This document shows, piece by piece, positions 1-13,500 of a DNA stretch of 64,000 bases. The number at the start of each line of letters is the position of its first letter. Within the stretch, counting starts at the first letter, position 1. The notes under the pieces are model-generated. The model had not been told where the DNA came from, did not search any database, and worked only from the letters and a program-made list of their open reading frames with translations. The DNA comes from Phoronis australis. Taxonomy: Eukaryota > Animalia > Phoronida. The stretch is from contig NMRA01000063.1 in assembly GCA_002633005.1 (NCBI GenBank), forward strand, positions 542,427 through 606,426, written 5' to 3'. The position numbers and the translations under genes were made by a program.

Positions 1-538
1 CGCTTTATCCACTCAAGCGCTCGACAACAACTAAACTTACGAGAGTCTCAGAACTCCCACATGCAAATTTGATATGCAAATGAGGGAGTACTTGACTACT
101 GCGCCATCTATACATCGACGGAAAAGCTTAAATACCCGTGACTGCGTGTGGGAAATTGCGATTGCGTGCGCTGAAGTTGATATTTTCAAAGTACAATTAC
201 ACCACTGTTTAAGGTTGCAAAGTGAGATTTTTTGATATCCTTCTATAGAAAAAGCTTTAATCTCTCTGATGAAATCATCTGTTTCCTTTTAAACGAAACT
301 TAAGTCCTAAAATTAGTCCGGGGAAGGAGGCCAAAAACGGCGGTTTAGCTAGTTGTCCCTTCCTGGTTATCTCTTCCTGATAATATGTATTCACAAGAAG
401 GTTCACAAGGTAAAACGACCATTCTCTAATAGGGCTTTGTCGCCACCAGAGGTCGTTACCAATCCTTTTAGGCACATGGAAATTTATATATTTTTCAATT
501 ACTTTCGTATTGCATTTTGGTGGTGATCAGTCCATTTC
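1..538. mobile_element. Probable right arm of a non-autonomous DNA transposon (Kolobok-like), cut by the window edge
   Basis: Ends in GTGGTGATCAGTCCATTT, resembling a Kolobok-type terminus; the partner end and a TSD are not visible. Confidence 0.3.
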
Positions 539-1379
539 CAACCTTCCCTCAAAATAATTTTCAAAATCTAAACAAATTTACTGCAAAGAATGCCTTGTGT
601 CGTTCTATACTGATGCATGACCAGTGTTATGTCATGGAAGGTATGGTGTTCTGCTGGTAGTATTGATGAGAGCTTTTCTGCAGTGCTTCAGAAGCTAAGA
701 TGAAAAGTGGTGGAATAAAATTGAAATATTTCTTTGGCGACCGGCCGTCGAAATATTTCATTTTAGCCTTGACTTACAATGTAGCTTCTTTTATTAAAGC
801 TATTTCAGGTTGGCCTTTAAACTCATTATTATGTGACAACCTTGCTGATGGGACCCTTGGACAACAAAGGATCAGTCGTCTGTTTCATGAAAAGTGATTT
901 AAAAATTTTGGTCTGAAATTGGTGAAATTATTCCTTGCACTCTTTAAGAGGACCCTTACTCCCAGACAGAAAGTTGGTCATACTTGACAATTGTACCTTG
1001 TACTTTCTAAGAGGACCGTTACTCCCAGACAGAAATTTGGTCATACTTGACAATTCCAGAATAAAGTTTTAAGAAAGTAATTACAGTCTAGAAATAATTA
1101 ATAGAAATTATCTCATTAACTATCAGTCATGTGCATATTCTCAGAGTTTTGCATTTTTGCTCGAGTATAGATTCAATTATTTTTCAAAAATGGTTGTGTG
1201 GTGTGTAAGACCAAATTTCTGAGTTTTAAGTCTTTAAAGTCTTATTAAAGTCACTTTTCAGGAAACAAACCCCTGTTCAAATGACTGGAAGTACAAAGTG
1301 AGATTTGTAACGCATGTTGTGAGTTTAGTTTGCTCAGTATATTTAAACGTTGTGTTTATATTGCATGGCCTTGGTTCAG

Positions 1380-1500
1380 GTGACAATATGTGAAGAATAC
1401 ATTTACAAGTATGGCTTGAACTGTGACCAATCTGAGGCTGTGAAGAGAGTGGCCAGTATGCTGGTCAACAGGGGTGGGTCATCTGTTGCACTAATACATG
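1380..1500 (+). CDS. ZGRF1: ZGRF1 exon (VTICEEYIYKYGLNCDQSEAVKRVASMLVNRGGSSVALIH)
   Basis: ttcag acceptor and gtaggt donor; the LNxDQ Q-motif precedes Walker A; phase 1 joins the next exon. Confidence 0.85.
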
Positions 1501-4500
1501 GTAGGTCGTGTGCCGTTGTGAAGATAGGAAGATGTCAGGGGGGCTATGGCCTGCTGAAATCTCCCATGTCCATTTGAAGTTGACTTGTTTGATTCTGGTA
1601 AAGTAGTGAATACCTTGTTTTCGTTCAATGTGCGCGTTCTTAAATATTTAACATATGCCAAATATCGTTCAATGTGCACGTTCTTAAAGGAGAATGCCAC
1701 CCGATTCAATTAGTATTTTTTGCCTTCGTGATCGGTCTATATCCTCATCGCCTCGCATACGGTTGACCTTACCTTGCCAAGATCTGTCGCGTTAACCTGT
1801 GAGGAAGGTGAGAAACGATGCTAGCGACGTCAGTGGTTCATCTGCAGAGTGAATGCCGCTATGTTGCGAAGTCTTCGTAGAGATTGACTGATGAGCTCTC
1901 GTCTAAGTCGGGATTGCGAGTTGCTATGTTGATGTTTATTACTGAGCGTTCTGTTTCAAAATGAATTATTCTCACCCTAACCAATACTTATATAAAACTG
2001 AAACAAAGTCTTCCTCATTAGATGCAATTTGTAATGACTTTGAAGTGTTCGTGAGTGCAAATGATTTGAGAAGCTAGCAATGAATAAATCACTGCGTTAC
2101 CGGCTTTAGCTGCAATAAAACTAATTGATGGGACACCGACTGAGGCCGTGTCAGCTCATGCTAATTGAGTGTTTTCTGGCAGAAACTGTTGTGAAACAAC
2201 TCAGTCGATTTCCACTTCTCGGCCTGGTGTTAAGGGAGTCTTTATTTACATTTACATTATTAAAATAATGATTGTCAATGTACAACTTCTACCCTGACGG
2301 TGCTGTGGCCAAAGCGGAACCTAAATTCCCAGCTCCCAACGAGTAAGTAGATTTGCAGTTTCGTGGGTAATTCACCAACATAATCACGTGCACATTACTT
2401 TGGCTCACTAGTATAGTATTTTCTTGACTGGAAGTTTAGTTTCCAACTTTGGCTGGTTTATGTTCGTGATGTCTGATCAGTTTCCGAGCCACTGGCCGGG
2501 ATAACGCGTTTAGTGTGTTTAGAACTCAAAAAATCACAAGTCTAAACAACACAGATCTGGGTTATCCTGTCTATATCTCACGGAAAATACTTCGAATTTG
2601 TCTCCGAACAGACCCCGAACTCCTGCTACGGCCCTTATTGGCCTGCCGAACTTTGTAGGCTACGGTGTGTCCAAATACCAATAAATACGTAACAGGGAAA
2701 TAAAACAAATTTTTATAAGAACTCGGTGTATTTTAAGGGTTTTACGTGGAAGTTTGATGATTTATTGGTGTTAAACGATGAATTCAAGCAATAAGCTGAC
2801 ACCAGTTGCCCGTGTTGTGAACTGCTGAACAGATTGCGTGTGAAACCAATTGCGTCATTGGATAATTTCAACACCTCCGTCTGCCGTCTGGTAACGCAAC
2901 CGTACGTTCCGTTATGGAGTAGAACTACTCGATCTAAATTGATACAAATTAGGTTGTTTTTTGGGTGGCATGCTCTTTTAAATGTTTAACGTAATATGCC
3001 AAATAAACAAATTTTTTTCACGTGCTTGCCTCACGTCCATATTTAGCTTGAGTTTTCACTTTGGCTCCCCTAATGCATATTCCTGCATCCGCCCCTGATT
3101 TGGTACAAGTAATTGGGAATACAAAGCTTCATTTATTTTGTTGTCTTGTCTGACTGGTATTTTTACTGAACTTTGTCGTCTGTAACAGATGTCTTGTCTT
3201 ACTGGTATTTTAACTGAACTTTGCCATTTGCAAAAGATGTCTTGTCCATGATGTATATATAGTTTGTCGTCTATTTCTTAACTGTATTATGACAAACAGC
3301 AATAATTAGGTCAAGGCAAAATTACTATTGGAAAAAAGAGATCAGTCAAACTTAAGTAATTTCTACATTTTTACCAACTTTGTATATTATGTTGACATTT
3401 CACCTGTTGACACTGCAGGTGTGTTTGGTGCTGGCAAGAGCTTCCTACTGTCTGTGCTGGTGATGTTCGTGTACCATGTGTTCCAACTTGAAGAGCAACA
3501 CGGTGCCCCGAGGCAGGGCAAGCGAATATTGATCTCGTCCACGACTAACGTGGCTGTGGACAGGGTACTACTTGGGTATGTCATCTTAAAGAGTCATGTG
3601 AAGAATAAAAGTGCTTGATAACACATTTTTGTTTTCAGAGTAAGCCTGTGAGTGGTTTAATTGTGACATTTGTAATAATTGCCCAAAGTTACGTTAATGT
3701 CACTATAAACCTGTCTTTTGTCAAGAAATGTGGATCGTCATGAAATTTAAGAGAAGTCTTCCTATTGACAAGAGTGTGACTGATGTCAGTTTTGCAGATG
3801 TTTTCTAATACCAGTGTTACCCCTGCTGGCAGTTTTATTTTTTTGCACCTGCCTCATTTGCAGTTCAAAGAAAGATCGTAATTAAATTTGAAAGATATGT
3901 TTTTATGCACCCACATATTTATATGTGGACGCATTATGCGGTCATCTCCGTCCGTCCAGGCGACGTCTGGCGTCCGCTGCTCTATCTCCAAAACCGATTG
4001 ACGTATGTTCATGAAGTTTTGCACATGTGTTCCTTTCATGGATGGGATGGCATGAGCGAACTTTCGGATGGATTCGAATACCGGTGTGCCCCCTAGTGGC
4101 AATTTTTGTTTCGTTTACCTCTATCTTCAAACGTCCGCAACGTATTTTCATAAAATTTGGTATATAGGTATCTAATACTGAGACAAGTTTGTGCCACCTA
4201 GTGGCCATTTTTACTGTTTTGTGACGTCCATTCCTCTATCAACCAAACTGCTTTACGCACAATTGTGAAAATTGGCATGTATGTTCTTACTATCAACAAG
4301 ACGGTTGACAATTTCGACTACTGTGGCGCCTCCTAATGGCAGTTTTGTTTTTTGCGCCTATGGCTGTATGTCCTAAATCGTTTGCAGTATCTTTACTAAA
4401 TTTAATAAGTGCATTTATATGATGTTGGCAATAGATGACGACTACTTTCGGACAGATCTGACAACTGGTGTGCCACCTAGTGGTAATTTTATTTTTTTAC

Positions 4501-7500
4501 GTTTACCTCTGTATGTTCAAAGGTCCTCAACTTAATTTCACGAAATTTGGCTTACAGGCTTCTGTTAGTGAGGTGATGCCATCTTTTTGTTTTCAGATGT
4601 ATTCGATGTAGTTTGCGCCACCTAGTGGCCATTTTTACTGTTTTCGAGTCTTGTTTTTTGGCGTCCACCCCTCTATCAATCAAACCACTTTCAGGATAAT
4701 TGTGAAAATTGGCATGTATGCTTTTACTATGAAGTGGACGAGTGACGATGATTTTCTGATGACTTCGACTACTGTGGCGCCTCCTAGTGGCAGTTTCGTT
4801 TTTTTGCGCCCATGGCTGTATCTCCTTAACCGTTTGCAAGATCTTTACTAAATTTGAGAAGCATGCTTATATGATATTGAAAACAGATGATGATGATTTT
4901 GGGATGGACCTGACTACTGGTATGCCCCCTGGTGGCAATTTTAGTGTTACGTTTACCTCTGTATCTTCAAAGGTTCTCAACAGATTTTCATAAAATTTTG
5001 AATACGGGCATCTATTGAAGAGATTATGCTATTCTCCCATTTTTGGATGGAATCAAGGTACTTTGCACCAGCTAGTGGCCATTTTTGCTCTTTGGCGTCT
5101 ACCTCTATCAACCAAATCATTCTAAGGATGGTTTTGAAAATTGGCATATATGTGCTCAGTGTGAAGAGGACTGTTGATCATGACGACTTTGACTACTCTG
5201 GCACCACCTAGTGGTAGTTTTATTTTGCACCCATTGCTGTATATCCTAAACCCACAGCAGGATCTTTATTAAATTTTGTAAGTGTATTTATATGAAGCTA
5301 ACAACAGACAGTGACGACTTTCAGGCGGATCCAATGAACACTGTGCCCCTCAGTGGCAATTTCATTTTATTCTGTTTTCCTTTGTTTCTTTGAAGTTCCG
5401 TGACGTATTTGTATGAAATTTGCTTTCTATTAAAGAAGCAATGACATGTTCCCGTTTTTGGATGGATTGTTTGTTTTTGTGCCATCTAGTGGCCATTTTT
5501 ATGACACAAATAAGAAACCCTAAAAGCACACCATTTGCCATGCATTCGTTGGCGCATTTCAACACTCCGCGTTGCTCTTGTTATTGAGGTCATAGCTGAT
5601 GTTGATATGAAAATCGCCGCCTAGAAGCTATTTTGTATTTTGTGTCTGTAGCTGTACCTCTTTTACCCTTTGGAGGATCTTTGTGAAGTTTGGCAGACAT
5701 GTCTCTATGATTTTTTGAAGGAAGTCCACGTATTCTGCACCCCCTAGTGTCCATTTTTGTTATTTTGAGTTTGTTTTGTGGCATCTGCCTCTTTATCCTC
5801 CATACTACTTAAAGAATCTTTATGGATGGATGTCATTGACTTTTGGACAGATCTGACAACTGTGAAACCATAGCTGTAGCTCCTGATTCCTTCGCAGGAT
5901 GTTTTTGATCTTTTGCTGGTGTTTTCCTGTAAATGTGACAATGAATTCCCACTCTAACCACCGCTGCGCTCCATAGTAGCAATTCATTTTTTTTACCTTT
6001 GCCTATACATGTTCAGTGTTCCTTTATGATTTTTTATGAAAATTGTATTGTGAAGATGACAGCACCTTTCCATTTTGGGATGGATTCGATGTAGCCTGTG
6101 CCACGTGATATCTTTCTGTCCCGTTTTGCTGTTTGCTTCTGTTTCTGCCAAACTGTTCAGATGATCGTTATGAAAATTGGCAGATGTGTTCCTACTGACA
6201 AGAACAGAACTGGTGTAGCTGTTCAGATGGGTTCAAATACTGGACTAGATAATTGTTTATTTCATCTTAAGAAATTGAACAAAAAGTGATAGAATTACTT
6301 TCCACAAATCGATAACATTATATGCAGGCAGATTAACAATTGTAATCACACTAAATGTAAAAGGGATGATTACTGGCATATTTCAAGAGACAATTTTTAT
6401 AGTATAACAATGTAATACGATAGAGCTACAAAAACACACATAAAAACAAAAACACAAAAAGGCAATATCAATGAGGCTGTTCTGTTGTAAATAAAATTTG
6501 AGTTTACTATAAAAAATATTCAGATGTTAAGTGGATATAATCCATAAAGTAAAACTAAAGCACGTTGGTTATTAGGTAAGGTGTGGTAAATGAAGGTGTA
6601 TAAAGGTCATGGAAGATATGGACATGACCTATTTGACAGGACATTTGAAAAAAAAATGATTTACAATATTCAAGGAGCCACATTTAATACGAACATTTCA
6701 TACGTCTTCAAATTTTTGAGCTGAAGTTAATATGTCATTAATTTCATAGCAATGATCTCCAAAGTATGCAAATAACAGGACACGCTTTTCAATTAGTAAC
6801 AGGTTAGCTCCAACAGCATTTGAAATCCATGTGGGCCCAGAACACTACATTGAGGCACCCGGCGTTTATAAAACCCAAAGGGTTTCGCTAGACAACACAC
6901 CGTTTACTATGACACTAAGGCAGTGACAGAAGTAAGTAAAGATAAGATTTGAACAAACTGAGCAAAGAGCCTGTAATTCCATAAGATTTTAATTTGATTA
7001 ACGATAATTCATGGGGTATAAAGTCAAATGCTGAAGCTAAATCCAAAAAGACAGACTTGATGTTGTCTTTCAAAAATTCAAAGTGAATACATTCATTTCA
7101 TGCTGGACTTGACTCAATGTCACTACAGCATAAGAGATGTGAAATAGAAGACATATTAGTTGCCTTAAAACAGTTGATAATATATGTCCTATCAGAATAT
7201 ACGGTACAATGAAGATCATATGCAGTGCCAACTGGGATTCACCATCACGTGCGACGATGTAGAATGCCATATCATATTACGAGGTGCCAACTCTTCCAAA
7301 GCCCTGGCATTCACCATCATGCGACGATGCAGAATGCCATATCATATTACGAGGTGCCAACTGTTCCAAAGCCCTGGCATTCACCATCACATGCGACGAT
7401 GCAGAATGCCATATCATATTATACGGTGCCAACTCTTCCAAAGCCCTGGCATTCACCATCACATGCGATGATGCAGAATCCCATATCATATTATGAGGTG

Positions 7501-10500
7501 CCAACTCTTCTAAAGCCCTGGCATTCACCATCACATGCGATGATGCAGAATGCCATATCACCATTGGCAGTTCTAACAGAACAAATAATAAGTAAGATCA
7601 TTTGCACGTAAATAACAGTGCTGCGATGGGTCTGAGTCTGAAAACCCATCGAAACATAAACACTTCACGTAACAATATAGTACAACATCCTTGCACCGCC
7701 GTAAGTTGATTAATATACAAAAGCATAGACATAAAGATGCAATTGTTAATAAATAATGCATTACAAACTTTAGAGTAAAAGGTAATTGAGGCAACAAAGA
7801 GCAAAGGTAATTGAGGCAGCAAAGAGCAAAGGTAATTGAGGTGTACAATATTGGGGAGCACCGGGACATGTAAGGCACAAACCGGACCAAGCAAATACCA
7901 CACACGGACGGACACACACACACACATACACGCACACATACACACACACACACAGACACACACATACACAAACACACAATGCTGTATAGTGATGGAGTTT
8001 AGGACCACTATTCTCAATCTGTGATACATCACTTTCCAAAGCGATCAGATTGATTGACTTGTAATCAAATTGTACACAAATCTGACTTTGATTTGTCCAT
8101 GTCTTTATGGTGGGTCTGGTACTATTGTTGAGTTTGACGAGGTGTCTGCAATGCTAGTGTAGGACTGTTTCGATATTTCATACGCTTCTCATTCATATAA
8201 ACATCATATTCCAGCCCCCGCAGCATTTCCTTGTGTAGAAATGAAGACTGAGCATTGTAACTGGTGAACTGGCAAATAATGGACCTTGTTATGATAGTTC
8301 CGTGAACGGCCGAGTCAGGCTTATGAGGTCAAAGTCTATGATGAGACTGACAAGTGTCTTTGTGCTGAATATCAATCTTTTTCTTGACGAGGTCCTGTTC
8401 CACTGTATAAGTGTTTCTTTTTTTCTTATGAACTTTTCATCACACCGTAAATAGCAACATGAAGTGACTGCCTTCAAATACTGTGGTGCCCCAAGTGGCA
8501 TTTTGTTTCACATCTGGTTGTATTGGCAAGACCCCTTGAAAGTTCACAATTTGGATATAGTGAATTCCTATTAACTTGACAACAGATGGAGGTATAATAC
8601 TACTGCTGTGCCTCCTAATGGCAATTTGCTTTTCACCTCTATGTCTATGTGTTTGGAGTGCTATGCTGATGTTTCATAAAAGTTGGCACATAGTTTTGTA
8701 TGAGAGAGACAACCGCCAATTTTGGAAGGATTTGATGTATTCTGCGCTTTCTAGTGGCCATTTTTATGATACTAAAACACTGCGAGAAGCCGTTTGCTGT
8801 GCTGCTGCTGGACTTGTCAATGATCCAGGTTGCTCTTGTTATGAAGTTTAGTAAATAGGTTTTTATTAATGAAGCTATCTATGGCACTTGTCTTTCTCAT
8901 TTTCCGATTGATTTAACATAGTGTACGTCTCCTAGTGGTCATTTTTGACGTCCATTTCTCTACCCGCCAAACCACTGTAAGAATTGTTATGAAAATTAGT
9001 AAATGTGTTACTGGGAGGAGCTTGGGTGACGATTTTTGTACACTGAGTTTCGAATACTGTGGCACTCCTTAATGGTATAGTTTGCTTTTTTCACATCTGC
9101 AGCTGTCTCTCTCTGAAGGATCTTCATAACATTTAGTAAGTGAAGTGTATTTCTAGGAACATGACAACAGATGACGGCATTTGGACATATCTGACTACCA
9201 CTGTGCCCTCTAGTGGCAGTTTTAATTTTTACTATCTTGGCAATTATGTTCCTATTGAAGATAGCATTGCTGACTTGCTAGAGGCTATTTTAAGTTTACT
9301 ATCATTGTTCGCTTTAGTGGGAATGTTTAGAATAGTAATCATTCTCTCTCTCTCTTTTCTCCCATACCGTGTATCTGTGCTGTATGTGTTGCACAGTGGC
9401 TGCATATCAACACTCTATATGTGTTGCACAGTGGCTGTATATCAACACTCTATATGTGTTGCACAGTGGCTGTATATCAACACTCTATATGTGTTGCACA
9501 GTGGCTGCATATCAACACTCTATATGTGTTGCACAGTGGTTGCATATCAACACTCTATATGTGTTGCACAGTGGCTGCATATCAAGAGTATATGTGTTGC
9601 ACACTGGCTGCATATCAACACTGTGTTGCACAATGGCTGCATATCGACACTCTATATGTGTTGCACAGTGGCTGCATATCAACACTATATGTGTTGCACA
9701 GTGGCTGCATATCAACGCTCTGCATTGCTCTTGTGTATGAACATGTTAGAAAAAATAACCACTCCTTATTCCTTTGTCATACACATGGTGGCTACATATT
9801 GACTGTATTGCTCCTTTTGGGTAAAGCAATTAGGCAATGGTCTCTTACAGGATCTCGCATTTTGAGAACCAGTTTTGTGCCTGTTATTGTTTGGAGAATA
9901 CTGGTTCTCAAAATAAGGGACCACTGCAAGTGACCATTACCAGGAATTTACTTTATTTACAGAGGTGTTGAAAAATGTGGATGGCGACACAGTGGTCACA
10001 TGGTGAAAACATGCTCAATGCTTACTTTGTTGTACGCATATTAATTAGTTGATGAAAAACAGGTGTGGCAGTGGCGGATCTACGTTTTCAGTAAGGAGGG
10101 GGTTTAGGATTCCCGCAAAGGTCGAATCCGAGGCGCCGAGCGGTGGGAGGTCGAGAGGGGAGTTTCCCTCCACTTGTGTAAAACAATTTTTTGTTTTTTG
10201 CAACCAAACAGTAAAATTTCCATACATTCTGGTAAGTTTCTGGCACTTAACATGTCTCTGGATTTTTTCTTAAGATAATTTAAAACCCTTCTCGATTTCG
10301 TCACATGAACTTGGGTCATATCTTTCGTGAAACCATATTTTAGCACATTTGGGTATGAGTCACGCCACCAGCAAAAATTTTTGTTGGAACATCTGCTTAC
10401 ACACACCTATTTTAGCATACGAAAAGTCGTATACGAAAAAGTGTGGTGTATATACAGGGGTTTAGGCAACTACCAAATATTCAAGAGCATAAGGAGCACC

Positions 10501-13500
10501 GACGGGGTGTAAAAACTAATTGAATATCAGATAATCGCAGCCTCAAGTTGTTTAAGAACGAAGACCGTAGTCCGGAAATAAACATGTGTTTTGTCTCGTT
10601 ACGAGAAAAACTGGCGAACGATGGTGCTCTCAGCTCATAGTCTATTATTTAAAGCGACAATGAACAATTAAGTATCACTTTATTAAACTGAATCACGTTG
10701 ACAACAATTGAAAAACGTCAAATGTATCAGGAAGCAAATCATCTGAAAACAGTTTCACGAAACCAAAACGTTCTGTACACCTTGGTGAAAAGAAATACGG
10801 GACCAGTTCGCAGAGGGACCACATGTACATGTACATGTACACTGAGAGTACACAAAAAGGCAGACCTGGTCCGTCACGAGACCAAAAGTACACCTGTGCT
10901 TATTTTCCCTATAAAAATAGTCGATCTGTCGCGGGACCAAACTCTACTGGCTGAGATAAATAGTTTTAGAAAGCACACTTTGGTAAAAAAAACATCACAA
11001 TACTCTACACTAATCAAGCTGGCCTGGTCTGTCGCGAGACCTAGACTTTTGAATTGAAATCTTCTCTCTAGACACTTTTTAATCCCCAGTGGTTGCTCAT
11101 ACGTGTATTTTACACATCTGGTCGTCAAGTGCTGCGAGAGGTTGTCTAGGAAGGGTTTTCGCACAATTCTGTACCGTAGTACTCACTGGAAGAAACGAGT
11201 ATTGTGAACAAATTTAACTACGCACTACGTGAAATAGATTTTGGATATGAAGCAGATAGAGCCAAGTGGAAATACAAACCAGAATCATTTTCTGTGCGCT
11301 CGTAGACCCTCAGCTGTACTGGGAAAATTTGGCATGTCCAAAAATAATTTCTATTTCGTTTTCATTGTACACAAGCATAAAAAAGCGGCATTATATACAA
11401 ACTGTAGAATTATAACTTATTACCTGGAAGTTTCTCCAGGAACGTTAGTCCTGTCCTTCTGTTGTCTAGACTGCCAAAGAATCTGTATATCGGATCCAAT
11501 GGTTTGCTCGTCTTGGAACCATTCTATCCAGACATCTTCGATGTTTGTTCCCAACGCTTGCACTTCGTCAACCGCTGTGTCAATGAGCTTGTAAGCCTCT
11601 ACAATTTCAGCATCTCGTTTCGCAGCTCAGTTGGCACTAAGCGCCCTGAGGTTGCCAAATCCAATCAAAAGATTTACATGCGCAACTAAATTTGATCCGT
11701 TCATCATGGACTACTTCAAACCTTGACGATGTATCCCAGGACTAATTTGCATCTCTTGCAATTTTCGGAATGAACGTCCCAATGTCTGAACGCTTGAAAC
11801 CCGGACTACTAACATCAAATAAATGCCCATGGGCATGGACGTTTCATCGGGTGGGCCTTTCTGCTGAAACTCCCAGTATAGAAGGCAGCAGTGGTGCTTG
11901 TTGCAGGTAGAAAGACGGTAGGTGTTGAGGTCGGAAGTAGGGCTCCTTTGGAGGCCTATTGAACATCGCACGAGTCCCGCAAGACTTTGTTGTGAAAGTA
12001 CAGCCTCCCGCAATTTCTGGTACTGTACACTGTTCGCGAATGCGGTCACTTTGTCAATGTGAGTGCCCCGTTGGTCATTCCTTGTATAGACATAACTTGT
12101 TAAAGTGCATCTTCAAACGGACTCGCGACCAGACCACGGCGCCCACCACAATAGCAAATTCTTAGGAAAACGATTTTTTCAAAAATATTACATGTACATG
12201 TACACTGTATGATATTGCGCAAGGCAACTTTATTATACACCAGCTAAATTTGAGTTACAAACGTGTGGAGTACAATAGCATAACACGGCATGACAGATGA
12301 GGTAAAAACGTTGCCGTCAATTCGCCTGAATATCAGGGTTGCGGCACTACAGTATTTCCCCTAATCAAATCAAAACATATCTTAGAGTAAAGAATCTAAT
12401 TACATGCGCACACACAGCTTTCAATGGGGGGGCTCGAATTCCTGACTTTGTGGACATTTTGGTAACAAAAAAGTGGGGCGAACTAAAATAAAAAACGGGA
12501 GCACCAAAGTGGATTGCGCGTTTGCGCATGTTGAATGGACTTATGTCTCATTTTCTCAGACTTTTTGTCTCTCAGGGGCGGACCTTTTTGTCCACTTTGC
12601 CAGATGGGGGGGGCTCGTTCGAGCCCACAGAGCCCCCCTTGGGTGCGCGCATGAATTACCTAAAGAAATCAGCTATAGAGCTGCTCTTTCAGCGGTGGAT
12701 CCCGAATGCTTGGCTACTTCAGAAGTGTTGACGGAAGCGCGCGCACAATTGATCTCTCTTCGCGTTTTTGCCGATGAGCCACGAAGACCCGAAATGCTTT
12801 GATTTTCATAACAGCAATTCACAATTTAAAAAATTATATTTTCAGAGTGAAACCCCCCCTCTATTTTTTCCAAGTTGGTTTATTTGGGGTTTACACATGC
12901 TGGCGGTGCCGTTTTTGTTTTGCTGAAGAAGTTTTTCTGTTTTGCTTTTATTTTTGGGTCCTGGCCCAAGGGGGGTTTAAACCCCCTGAACCCCCCCCCC
13001 GTAGATCCGCCACTGTGTGGTACCATCCTGAAAATCTTGCTCATCATCATTTACTTAGCACCTTGTCTTGTTTCATTCAGTGTCAACTTTAATAGGAAGA
13101 AATGAAATCTCTTTGCAGGCTTCTCGACCTTGGCTTTGACTGCTTTATCAGGGTTGGCAGTGTCAGAAAAATTGCCAAAGCTATTCTCCCATACAGGTCA
13201 TTATATCTTGTTTAATGCAGCTTAACATGAAAAATAACTTGCAATACAAAATATTGCCTTTAACGGAATAGGGTAGTAGTCTTTTTAAGTATTAATTGTA
13301 GACCCATAAAGCTATATATTTTTAAAATCCTGGATGATTGCGGAATCCTATGTGCACAAAATAATACTGAGATGCTTGTAGTCATGTGACAGTGTTTTTT
13401 GTAAAAGATTCTTGAAATTTATACAAAAATTAAGAATTTGAAAAAACATAATTAAGAATATCTGGGCATTGCTTTTTTGCATATAATGAGATTCTGTAAC

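Noticed and set aside
61-84. Paired octamer motifs (ATGCAAAT) as an snRNA promoter
   Set aside because: No snRNA sequence or PSE recognised; they lie inside a probable transposon arm.
809-893. Possible upstream ZGRF1 exon after tatttcag
   Set aside because: No recognisable ZGRF1 similarity, weak donor, and it cannot be phase-linked with confidence.
9140-9933. Cys/His-rich repetitive ORFs (also 7184-7611, 14067-14441, 26541-26911, 29494-29800)
   Set aside because: They are translations of minisatellites, open in several frames or strands, with no splice or homology support.
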